NCBI RefSeq assembly: GCF_963853765.1
Contig: NC_088857.1
Coordinates: forward strand, 51,956,001-52,020,000
DNA length: 64,000 nt
Reading direction: 5' to 3'
DNA from: Magallana gigas
Lineage: Eukaryota
Below are positions 12,201-23,055 of the stretch, piece after piece. A program made the position numbers and the translations under genes. The notes under the pieces are model-generated. The model did not search any database. It was given only the letters and a program-made list of their open reading frames with translations, and was not told the DNA's origin. Positions within the stretch are counted from its first letter, which is position 1, and each line of letters opens with the position of its first letter.

Positions 12201-14443
12201 TCAGGGACTAATTACATGCATGGTTGGTGGTAGATTATTTATAATTTGCTTCAATTTATTAAACATAAATAATCAATTAAATTCAAAGGCAGATTGAAAT
12301 GCAAAAATTAATTCATCTAATAAATACGAAATAACTATAAACAAGTTAATAGTTGACCAAGAATGTATAAGAAATACAAAATCAGGAAAACCGTGGATTA
12401 ATTAAAACAACATAAATTTTTTTGACCCTCATGATCTTGGCACCCTGATCATCTCGTCCAAAGGTGAGCTGCTTACTGACGTTATGATCAAAAACCTGTC
12501 AGGCATATTACAAGGGCAATAACTGCAGGACAGAGATCAATCATTGAGTTTAAACCCACAGGAGTAAACAACACATTGTACGCGCATCAATTATTCAAAA
12601 GAAGTAGAGACAATGATGCATTCCTCACAAATGCCATTTGATGCCACGATTCTTGCTATAGTACACCAGTAACACCACTCATTTTAAGTTAAAAAAAACC
12701 ACCACCATATTAAACAGTTTCAAGGGTAGCCTTTAAGGCACTAAAAGGAAAAAAAGAAACCTTTCTATCTCTTTTTTTGATAGAAAATAAAGAATGAGTG
12801 CAAATTTTCATACATATTTACTTTAATAATATATGTACCAATGCATGTGGGACGATGTTGTAATAATAATTATTAAGATTTTTACCGGTAATTAACATTT
12901 ACATCCAAGTCCAACCTACAACCATGTCTACTATCCTTTAAAAGAAAAAGTATTGAACCGTTATTATTTTTACAAGACCAAGTAAAAACATATGGATGAG
13001 TTATTGTTACTATATACAGATGGATGAGATAACACTACTGTAAGCACATGGACAGGTTTGAGTACTCACCGCCGTACGAGGATGCTGGAGGACTGGACGT
13101 CGTGTACGGCCAGCGGCTGACGGTCCACAGGACACTGCCGCTGGATCTTGAGGTAGTTCTTTAAGCACCGAGAGCAGTAGGTGTGGCCACATTTTGTGTC
13201 CAACGGATTGACCAGGGGCTGCAGACATATCTGTAACAAATGTCAAACATTTAAAGACAAGTACTGGTACAATATCATCAATGGATATACATTGAAATCT
13301 ATGCAATTTATCAGGTCTAGCATTATGATTTTGGATATAAGGAAATGGAATTGTTAAATCAAGAAAATTAATGATGATTTAAAGGGTTAAGCTGATTTTT
13401 TTTCCAGATAAATATCTGAAAAACTGGCATATACATGTATTTAGCATTGAAAATGGGTCCATTCAGCAGCATTGAAAACCCTGGTTATATTATTCAGTCA
13501 TTCATGTTGATATAAAATTTCACTTTGAAATTTGACTAGTCACTTTTTGATTGTCAACCAAATATAAAATGTATGAAAGCACATGGTGTACTGGGCTATC
13601 ATTTCATTGTTCAAAAGTGCATTAACTTCAGAAAATGGTATACTATCAGGTGTAGTTAAAAATGTCTTGTGCAATAAATGTTTGTGAGGTGATGACCACA
13701 GATAAATCCCCCAACTGATAGCTGATGAAGCCATCTTTAACAAGTCTGCTTAATAAGAGTACCAGTACATTGTTTACCGGGTATATGTATACATACAACA
13801 CACTGTAAATGTCTTTGATTCAATGCATTTGAAATTACTGGATTATCTTTGTCCATATATTTGTCGAAGGTTTTAGTTTCCAGGTCATTAAAGATCACTA
13901 TATCAAATTACAGAATTATTTGAATTTGACATAGACACTGATGGATATCAGTATCCACATTTTCACAAAGGCTTGATGTTCTCAGAAAATTCTTCACTGA
14001 TTTTACAATAATTTGATCGAATTACAACCAAACTGCTTCTCACAATTAGTTACATTTAAACCAAGGCATTTTGATATCAAGTGGTTTTACTCACACAAAA
14101 TTGATAAGAATCGATCAACTTGTTCTTTGCTTCATGATATGAATAACAAACAAATCTTCTCATTCAACAATGTAACTGTTATTTGATTATGATATCATTA
14201 TACAGAGAATGCAGAGATTGGACTGATCCAAGCTATCATAGATATATGTACCTGACACATGAGGTCCTCGTCGACAGCCTGGTGATAGTCGTACAGGTGG
14301 GTCCCGTACGGCTCGTGGAACTGTCCACACTTCTGGCAGACAACGTTCTTGGACAGCTGGAATTGTTTGAGGGTGAGGGACAGGGTGGAGTCGTTGGCGT
14401 AGTCATGATAAGAGGCCCCAGGCTCATTCACATCACAGGCCAT
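280..14443 (-). CDS. LNX2: LNX-family (Ligand of Numb X / PDZRN) RING + PDZ E3 ubiquitin ligase, 5' part; the gene continues beyond the left edge
   Basis: Exons (-): 14443-14252 (MACDVNE...HLYDYHQAVDEDLMCQ), 13230-13070 (ICLQPLVNPLDTKCGHTYCSRCLKNYLKIQRQCPVDR, C3HC4 RING), 1987-1779 ([33 protein letters not shown], Zn-finger region; donor could be at 1773 instead), candidate microexon 1339-1313, 380-280 (GEVSTIEIQRSRADLGISIVGGNDTPL, start of PDZ1). All GT-AG with matching phases. The family call is firm; LNX1 versus LNX2 orthology cannot be resolved. Confidence 0.88.
700..1062 (-). mobile_element. Helentron-associated non-autonomous element (HINE / DINE-1 / pearl-like), reverse orientation
   Basis: Reverse-strand 5' end ttataccccactccaaaggagggg (subterminal inverted repeat), ACAG-type microsatellite remnant, and two ~143-bp core units (caaccatatggcatacct at ~762 and ~905). 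Left boundary approximate. Confidence 0.55.
1415..1757. repeat. 24-bp minisatellite, about 14 copies, next to the donor of the LNX Zn-finger exon
   Basis: Unit gtaggagtgtgatattgacaatct. It gives 8-aa periodic ORFs (LLQIVNIT, CQYHTPTD). Confidence 0.9.
1988..2300. repeat. 50-bp tandem repeat, 6 units, containing the LNX 3' splice site
   Basis: cctg recurs at 1987, 2037, 2087, 2137, 2187, 2237 and 2287. Unit ctgtaacaaaacacagtcatacagtcattgttattagtttgtctattaac. Confidence 0.95.
8354..8851. mobile_element. pogo/Tigger-like MITE
   Basis: TA|CAGTAAAACTC ... GAGTTTTTCTG|TA terminal inverted repeats, with internal ttcg(c/t)tatatcc subrepeats. Confidence 0.75.
9922..10240. mobile_element. TTAA-flanked MITE (Kolobok- or piggyBac-like) with an internal tRNA-like segment
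   Basis: TTAA|GGTAGTATGGGACA ... TGTCCCATACCACC|TTAA, 319 bp. Second copy at 21893-22212. Confidence 0.8.
11432..11685. repeat. Degenerate ~17-bp minisatellite rich in TACATGTA
   Basis: Repeated aat(a/t)catgtat(c/t)c units. Confidence 0.75.
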
Positions 14444-15362
14444 CACAGCTTGTGTCCAGTCAACTCATGACATGGGCACCCTACACGTAGAAACATATCA
14501 CACATCACAGCTTGTGTCCAGTTGACTCATGATACCGGCTCCATACACATACACCTCTCAAATCACAGTCACACAATTTCTCTGTGGTTTTAAATGGCTG
14601 AACCAAAGCAAAAACTTTACAAAATACTCATCCGGCTAGGTTTCTTACAGAATGAATTACTTGAATGATTCAATGTCATTCAACACCAATGTCATGTTTA
14701 CAACTATAAAGCTTATATTATTTTACCTGCATTTACATAATATCTTACCTGTTGTGTCTCAGGTGGGACTGATTAGAGCCTGCATCTCTTGAGCTGCTTG
14801 TCTGCCTGTCTGTTACATTCTGACCTTAAAAGAACAACATAGATTCTCAAGCTGCATATCAATCAAAACTAGTTCTCACACTTCATTCATGATCTGATGT
14901 TGTCTAACTTCATTTTCTTGTACAGGTGTGTGTCATTAATTTCACTTCGGGCTACAAACAGGGTCATGCTTCAAGTGTCTATAAATAGTAACTGATGAAA
15001 TCACTAGAAACATGGGTCTAAAAAAGCTAAAAATATGCAATGAATTTCAAATCCTATAAATAACATTTTGTGCACATCGTTGCTACAGCCAGTTAAATGT
15101 AACCTAGTTTTGGGGTAATTAATTGATTGGACATGAGGGAATGCACACTATGGGACTGATACAGTTGTGTATTGATCCGCCAATTCTCCCCTGAGTCATA
15201 CAATACCTGTGTAAATAGATCACATTTTACATTCCCAATCAGCAGCCTGTATATACATGTTAATCTATTGATTCTTGCAATAAAGAGTATACACCTAAAC
15301 AGTGAATATATGTAGATACCATCCAGGCATCACAACATAATTCATTATAATCTTTGCAGTAC

Positions 15363-15523
15363 CATGCACGGATCCAAAAAAAATTTCAAAGGGGGGGGGG
15401 GGGGGGGGGGGGTCCAACGGTTATTTGAGATTGCCAGGGGGGTCTGAGGCATAGTGTTGGTGATTTTATTACGTAATTTTAAAGAAATTGAATTTTGTCC
15501 CCCCCCCCCCCAATCTGTGCATG
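15363..15523. mobile_element. Short MITE with CATGC(A/G)C ends and internal G and C tracts
   Basis: catgcacggatcc ... aatctgtgcatg inverted termini; poly-G near the left end and poly-C near the right end. Confidence 0.6.
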
Positions 15524-15638
15524 TGTACTGTCAATACCCAGTACCTAAAGGGGCATATTATCATAAATATGCTTTTAACATGGATATTTTCAGTACCTAG
15601 AGAAACACACTTCACAATTATTGGCAAATTCTAGGTAA

Positions 15639-16089
15639 TAGAGAGGTTAAGCATTTGAACGTGTACGTGTACGAGTACGTGTAATTAGGGGAATCCCCTA
15701 GTTATATGTGTATTACGTCATAATTTCTGCATACCGCGTAAATCTAAAAGTTGTACAAAACGTGTAGAATCAAAAGTACACGGAGGTGAAAACTTGTAGC
15801 ATTTTTAAATAAAAATATGGACTTTGTGTTTATCAAGCATTGTTTTAATTAAAGCAGACGATAAATTGAGGAAGACTGTGGTTTTGGTTTCATCAAATTC
15901 ATAGAATTATTTAATAAACAGTTAGAATAAACTGAACATGTTGAAACTATCAAATCTAATGATTTTATACGTTCGCTTACACGTACAGATTATTAAACAT
16001 ACCCTAAAGTTTGGTACGTGTACGGGTAAACATTCTTGTAGCTCCACACGTACCCGTAGACGTACACGTTCAAATGCTTAACCTCTCTA
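15639..16089. mobile_element. Non-autonomous TIR transposon with TAG...CTA termini (Academ-like, tentative)
   Basis: TIR of about 40 bp, tagagaggttaagcatttgaacgtgtacg... versus ...cgtacacgttcaaatgcttaacctctcta. The target-site duplication is 3-4 bp and ambiguous. Confidence 0.75.
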
Positions 16090-17022
16090 ATAACTTCTAC
16101 TTGGATTCTTTATGCAGGCAAAAAGAAATTGAACCATTAACATGTTTAAAGAATAGATCTAACAATATGTAGTACTGTCAAGCTGAAGAACATGAGAGTT
16201 TTCTCTGGTACATGTTAACAAACCCCATACTCCCAAGCTACTGCTCCCCTTGTACCTGCATGCTTACTTGTTCCTAATGAGATATTGTATGGCCTAATTA
16301 TAGAGATATATAAATCAGTATAGGGGCTGCATGAAGACCACCTTATTAGAGCTTTTGATGATCCATAAGGAACAAGCATTTGAAATGTAAGCAGCATCCA
16401 AGAATAAGCATTGGGGTGGATTCTATAGTTACCGGTATATGTGTACCTGTATACAGATGTACATTTGTTACTAGCCATTTTGAATCATCTGACTTTATGA
16501 AAATTAACTACTAACATTTTAAAAGTAGCATAGGATATTTGCCGCACGCAGGCGACATTATTTCTGGAATCTTGATGTCTTGTACAAAGTCCTTAAAAGT
16601 TCACATAAAATGGCTGTGATGCTTTAGTCACATTTTTCATCAATATTTGTATTACCATGATTACTTGTAAATGAATTATTACTTTTTTTGTGTTTGATTG
16701 GTATATTTGATATTTATTTACCCTGGGATCAGTTAATCAAGGGCTCTACAAAGAATCATGAATGTACTCAGTACACTAGCCTTATAATTGTCAGTGGCGT
16801 AGAATCATATTTTTAAAATTTAACTTTCCTTCAGAGCATATGTCTTCTGCACTATTCTATCAATACTTTATTTATAACTGAGAGCAGAGACGCAGACATT
16901 CAGCTCACATTGGAACCAGCATTAGAGTATTCTGTTCACTATTATTTTTAGTGTGATGCCACAATCAGTTTTAAAAAGTAGATGCTTTTAAGTATGAACA
17001 AAAGTTTTGAAATACACATGTA

Positions 17023-18082
17023 CGAGGGTCAATCAAAAAATACGAAGACAATGTGGCTGTCTATCATATATTTTTCATGAAAGTCATACTTAACAGATCA
17101 ATCTGTGCACCAACACTTATGTTATTGATATGCGAAGTTTTAGTCCATTTGATGAAACGGTATTTTTGTTACCCCTTTTTAAAAACAACATGTTTTGTCA
17201 CCACGGCGCATGGTAACGTTCAAAGCATGACGTCAAGATTAAACACGCACATTTTATAGATGTATCCCATCTTCTATCACGCTTTGTCTCTTGTACCTTT
17301 CTCCTTACATTTAAAATGGCACTGAACCACTTAACATCTTATTTGCACACATTTGTTCGAGAATCAGAAGTTAGTTCTTCAAAGTTTTCATTTTCTATCC
17401 GTGTATCTCTTAGTTTACAGTAAGGATAACCTTGAACGCCGGTTGACGTTACTTATTTTTTGACCAAATATTTACAGATATCTACTCTCTTTCAGACTGT
17501 TTTATATTCAAAATACAATTACCACCACCCCCACAAAATTTATTACGGTTAAATACAAACTTGCAAATAATTGTTGTTTTATCTTTTGCACCATTGAGCA
17601 TTTTCACAGCTTGTATCGGCTTTTTCCTGAGTAAAATCCATTCTGTTTGTAATTCTCGTTGCGCCGTGACGTCCGGCGACGTCAATGTTTTTAGTCAATT
17701 CTAAAGAGAACTATCTGTCTTTAGTTACAAATATCTGTTCGACAAAACAATATATCCCGTCATTATTTGGTACATAGAATACCATGAATATACTTCATTT
17801 GAGGTTTTGATATTATTTGGTTTTAAGCCCAATTTATAGGGATATTACTTTCAACATTATATGGGTTATTGTTGACATAACACAAATTTTGACCGTGCGC
17901 CGTGACGTCATGTTTGCAGGATTAGATTCTAAACAATTCTTAAAAATAAAGGAATTTAATAATTTTTTTTCCTGCAAATTGTTTAAAACTATTGTTTAAT
18001 TATGTCTACCAAATTTAGTAATGATATGACATTAAGAAGCATAACTATAACAAATGTCTTCGTATTTTTTGATTGACCCTCG
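17023..18082. mobile_element. Mariner-type non-autonomous transposon, 1060 bp
   Basis: TA|CGAGGGTCAATCAAAAAATACGAAGACA ... TGTCTTCGTATTTTTTGATTGACCCTCG|TA. No transposase ORF. Confidence 0.88.
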
Positions 18083-18280
18083 TATATGCTGCTAACATGG
18101 CCAAGTCTAAAAATGTTACCTGCGCGCCTCAGTCATTTTTTTTTTTTTGATTCCAATTTTCAACAGTGTTTGCACTCTAGGCAGTAACATATACATGTAC
18201 AATGCTGTATCTCCATAATAAAGTCTTAGTGATTCACAAAAGCGGGCAAGGTATCAGTATACATGTATCTTAATGTTTTG

Positions 18281-18448
18281 CAGGGTTGTCTCTAAGACCC
18301 GGGAGGAGGGGAATTCCCCCGCCTATAATGCCTTAATTACCCGGCTATTATTGCATTTCAAACACATTGTAGCTATAAGGAAGACCCCCCAAACCCCCTG
18401 CTACTTTTTCATTTCCTCCTTCTACTTCAATTTTTAGAGACAACCCTG
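18281..18448. mobile_element. hAT-like MITE, 168 bp
   Basis: CAGGGTTGTCTCTAA ... TTAGAGACAACCCTG, flanked on both sides by GTTTTG. Confidence 0.8.
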
Positions 18449-19107
18449 GTTTTGTATATATGATCTGTATATTTTGATCTCTATACATCGATTGTAAAAT
18501 TAATCTTGTTAAAAAAAATATGACTTAAACTCTCAGATAGAGGTTGGTTTACTTTGATAAGAATAATATTGTTAGACTCAATATAAGCACTGAGTTGCAG
18601 TATAATACTTCATAATTTCCCAAATTGATCAGACATTTGACATATACATCTATTTGATATCACACCATGTTAACTTCATATATTTAATACTATAATTTGC
18701 TCATCATTCCATTATGTAAAGTGCTGGTATAACGAAATCTCACACTTGGTAATATAAATTAACAAATCAAACACATGTAGCAATGCAAAGCCAAGCAAAA
18801 ATGTCAACAAAATGACGTCACATCCTCTATGACTAATAATTTACTAACGGTTGAACACAGAATAAAATGTAAAGTTCATATATAATAGATGAAAATTGCA
18901 TATCAGTCATATAAATAAACTTCTCCTATTCATTAACAAGACCAACTGAACATTAATACGACGATAACATACCCTATGAGCCGTTAATTTCTTCTATCAG
19001 TGGTCTGCAGTTAGGACGGTAACAATGGCACATTCAGGATTACGTCCCTTTAAACTCTTTGGCATTTGGAGGTAAATTACGTCTAAATGGAGAACTTCTG
19101 AGAGAAA

Positions 19108-22100
19108 ATGGGAATATTTAGTGTTTTTATAATAAACAAGGCAGGGGGATTGATTTTTCAATATGACCACTATTCACAGAGACCAGAAGTAGAAAAAACA
19201 TTCAGTTTTCCTATTGAACTTGTTTTAAAGCAACAGGATGAAAAATTGGTCGTAGCTTTTGGGGAAAGGGATGGCATCAAAGGTGTGTGGTATCAGGAGA
19301 AAACGTACCTATATAGGAGAAAACGTACCCAGGAGAAAACGTACCCAATTTCTAGGGCACGTTTTCTCCAGGAGAAAACGTACCCGGGTACGTTTTCTCC
19401 AAGAGAAAACGTACCCTATGAAAATCATAAATATACTACTCAATAGTTTTTATTACATTTACATACTATTTTACATAATGAATATACAGAAATGTATGAA
19501 TTTAATAGATATATGAATTTAATGCGTTATATTTTTAAAGGGTTTGGACAAATTAAATAATTTTCAGATGCATATTTCAATGCATAAATATATAGAAATA
19601 GATTGAAATATATTCATTTTATGAATTATATCTTTATTATAATTGTAGCAACTTTCATTTTAGTACGAATTAATGACCTGTCATTTAGTGTTATCAGCTT
19701 ACTTCTTCTAAGTTTTCCATTTACCGTTAGCCTTACCTATTTGAGTATCTCTGTGCGAGATCCCCTGATTGCCTTTTAATTATAGTGATAATCAATTTAA
19801 TACCTGTGCAGTTATTGTTATGTAATATTATGTATTGCCTCCCAATGCCCGCATTTTACACGCCTTATTCACCCATCTTCTTTTCAAAAAATTTTCCAAA
19901 AAAAAAAACCGCGCTATATCGACTTCTTAAGATACTCATCTTTTAGTTCTCCGAATTACAGATTGCAATAAAAACTAATTATTTAACGGTTTGTTTATGG
20001 AGAATTAATTACCGATTAATAAACTGCCCGAGCGATGTTAGTATATGTTCGTGTACGTATGTAACAAATTATTGCCTAAATAATTTATTAATGATATATT
20101 TAGAATTTAGAATAATTATGAAAACTATTATTTATGATTTTCATAGGGTACGTTTTCTCCTGGAGAAAACGTACCCTAGAAATTGGGTACGTTTTCTCCT
20201 GGGTACGTTTTCTCCTGGGTACGTTTTCTCCAGCATTCAGGTGTGTTACTGTGTATTATTATCATGTAAACCTCTTTCTTTCCCATGTCATTGAAAAAAG
20301 TAACTGTTGATCTGTAGATCTTAAAGCAGCAAGATGTTAATATATTTATAGTGATAGTAATATTGTTTGGTTGACAGCAGTGTGAATGTTTGTCCAATAT
20401 AATGGGTCTCACTAGCTTAGTGGTTAGATAGCTGAGACTGTTTGCCAGAGGCCCAGGGTTCGAGACGTTACACTTTTCACCACCTGTTACTGGTATATCT
20501 AAAAGAAGATAATGTTTTAAATCTATGTATTATTTATAGTGGGGTACACATTAATGGGCGTGAACGGAATCCCTGTTGAGGGTCGTTTTCTTCAAAATGA
20601 TGGAACAGATGCCATGGAAATAATAAATTCACCTCATAATTACCCCATCAACCTGAAGTTTGGCAGAACAAAACTCACAACCAATGAAAAAATAATGCTG
20701 GCAAGCATGTTTCACTCGTAAGTAAATACAGTTTTTCTTTTCTTTTTTCATTTAACTAATGGTAACACACCGAGTTGCAAAAACATGTATAATTATTTTT
20801 CATTGCAACTAGCTCTAGTCTAAATAAGGACGTTGAAAAATGATCTTGGGGGTGAATTTTGCTTCATCGAAAAATGTGTAACAATTATAAAAGTATTATT
20901 TGAACATTTACATTGAATGTATATGAATTCATTCAGAATTTAAAAAAAAATACTTATTTTCATTATATTTAATATTAGAGATTGTCATGCATAATTCTAA
21001 TAAAGATTATGATGATGAAATTCAGAGAACTTAATGTACATTCTTTCAAATTAAGAAATGTCATTTAATTGTAATTATCTATCTAATAGAGTCTTTTTTA
21101 TGAAATGTTAGATTTCCTTTCAAGTACTGGTCCCAATTATTAAATAAGTTCTTAGTTCCAAACTCTCTCTTTCTCTCACTCTTTCTCTGAGTATTGTGGT
21201 TTTTAGTAAGGTGCCATTTATATCTTATATTACTTGTTCTTTAGGTTGTTTGCCATAGGTTCCCAGTTATCTCCAGAGCCCCACTCTTCAGGAATTGAAG
21301 TCTTAGAGACGGATGGATTTAAACTTCACTGCTACCAAACTATGACAGGTAATGACAGAGCTAGGCCAACATGCTTAATGTTGTTAAATGTTTATAAAGA
21401 GGGTGATTAATCTTAAAAATAGCAGATGTTGTCAAAAGTAAAAGAGATACATGTATTGTAATTCTGTTACAGGGATCAAATTCATTGCCCTGACGGACCC
21501 CAGGCAGGGAGGGGTGGATGCACTTTTACGGAAAATGTATGAAGTGTTCTCTGATTTTGCCCTGAAGAACCCCTTTTATTCTGTAGATATGCCAGTACGG
21601 TGAGTGTGATAAATTTCTTAAATAGAAGTGTACACATTCATTTAATTTCTTTATGCAAGCAATTAACATGCTTTAGCTTTGTTATGTTTGAAGTAGTATT
21701 TAAGGTAGAATTTAAAATAATTAGTGTTGAATTGAACTGAATTAATATTAATAGCGATTGAAGATAAACAAGACAAAGAGAGAATTGGTACAGTTTTCGT
21801 TGCACATGAATCTTTGATAAATCTGATACACACATTTTTTTTGTTCTTCAACCAGTGAAAGTACTCTAATTCTACTGTTCATGTGTATTTAAAGTGGTAT
21901 GGGACATCTGTCTATATTTATGTGGATTAAAGTTCATTATAATTGGAATACTTTCACCGGTCTAGAATTTTCAAACTTTACAATTTTTAGCCAAAAAATA
22001 GCTTTTAAAAATATGTGGAGGGGTAAAAATTGTAAAACCCCGAACTCATGACTTATAGGTTCGTAGTAAACCCTCTAACCCACTGCGCTATGCTGTTAGA

Positions 22101-22432
22101 TGACTATGTTGGAAAGAAACTACTCATATAATTACACTGTCTTCATTTTATTGTTTATTTCAATAAACAATTACCTGTAATACATCACTACATGGAGGTG
22201 TCCAAAACCACCTTAAGATTGGTGGTACATGTACATGTATTAAGCCACTTGATGTTTTTAGCTATCCAGCTTTGTTGGTTGTCTTTTGCATTGCTCACAC
22301 ATTTACTGGCATGCATATTGCAAAATATACAATTAACATTTCACACTATATAATTTCAGATGTGACTTGTTTGATACAAATTTACAACAAGTGATAGAAG
22401 CCTGTGAGAAGCAAAGTATCGGTAATGTCTAG
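19108..22432 (+). CDS. TRAPPC4: Trafficking protein particle complex subunit 4 (synbindin / Trs23), 218 aa
   Basis: Exons 19108-19282, 20540-20717, 21245-21348, 21473-21599 and 22360-22432 total 657 nt and stay in frame. Motifs [38 protein letters not shown] and [21 protein letters not shown]. Confidence 0.97.
19289..20238. mobile_element. 950-bp non-autonomous TIR (foldback-like) transposon with an 8-bp target-site duplication
   Basis: TIRs of over 100 bp built from GGAGAAAACGTACCC subrepeats. AGGTGTGT is duplicated at 19281-19288 and 20239-20246. Confidence 0.88.
20405..20490 (+). mobile_element. tRNA-derived SINE-like fragment
   Basis: A box TAGCTTAGTGG (20413) and B box GGTTCGAGAC (20457), followed by cttttcaccacctgttac. 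Related reverse copies at 29680-30050. Confidence 0.55.
21893..22212. mobile_element. Second copy of the TTAA-flanked MITE
   Basis: TTAA|AGTGGTATGGGACA ... TGTCCAAAACCACC|TTAA, 320 bp, colinear with 9922-10240. Confidence 0.8.
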
Positions 22433-22770
22433 ATCATCAAGGAAGAAACTGAAAATTCAGGAGACTTCCAGGCCAATCAAAGAATAAAAGACTTTATGAG
22501 GAAATGATGGACAACTGGGTAGTGACATTCCACTCAAACTCTACAAGTGTGATATTTAGACAAACATTTACACATGTGCAATAAATGTAGGTATTTGTTT
22601 TTAAAAATAAATACATCATTATCATGAATGCTGTATAGATGAGTCTCTTTTACCTAGCTTATAAAAAGACTTACCAACATGGTAAAGATTGCTAAAAATA
22701 TACAAAAAGGTCATCAAAAAATTCCCTCCTCAACAATATCCAATGAGATTTGAAGGGTTATACATATATA

Positions 22771-22773
<3 letters not shown>

Positions 22774-22816
<43 letters not shown>

Positions 22817-22850
22817 GAGAGAGAGAGAGAGAGAGAGCAAGAGAGAGAGA
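22774..22850. repeat. Compound (TG)n(AG)n microsatellite
   Basis: Seen directly, between the TRAPPC4 and DNAAF3 stop codons. Confidence 0.95.
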
Positions 22851-23055
22851 GCATAGTAAGCACAAATGAAGATAAAGTCTGAAACATTGCACAATAATTT
22901 ATTGTCTTCAATACAGAAAGGAATAAATATACATATATTGTGATCAGTGAAACTGATTGTCAATCATCAACCCAGATTAAATCCACAATAGTTTATGATT
23001 GCTTCAGATGAATGGAGGATGTTTATAATAATGAACAGCAACCGTCCAGTTATCA

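Noticed and set aside
19283-19446. C-terminal extension of the TRAPPC4 ORF (QEKTY repeats)
   Set aside because: It is read-through of the exon-1 donor into transposon TIR subrepeats.
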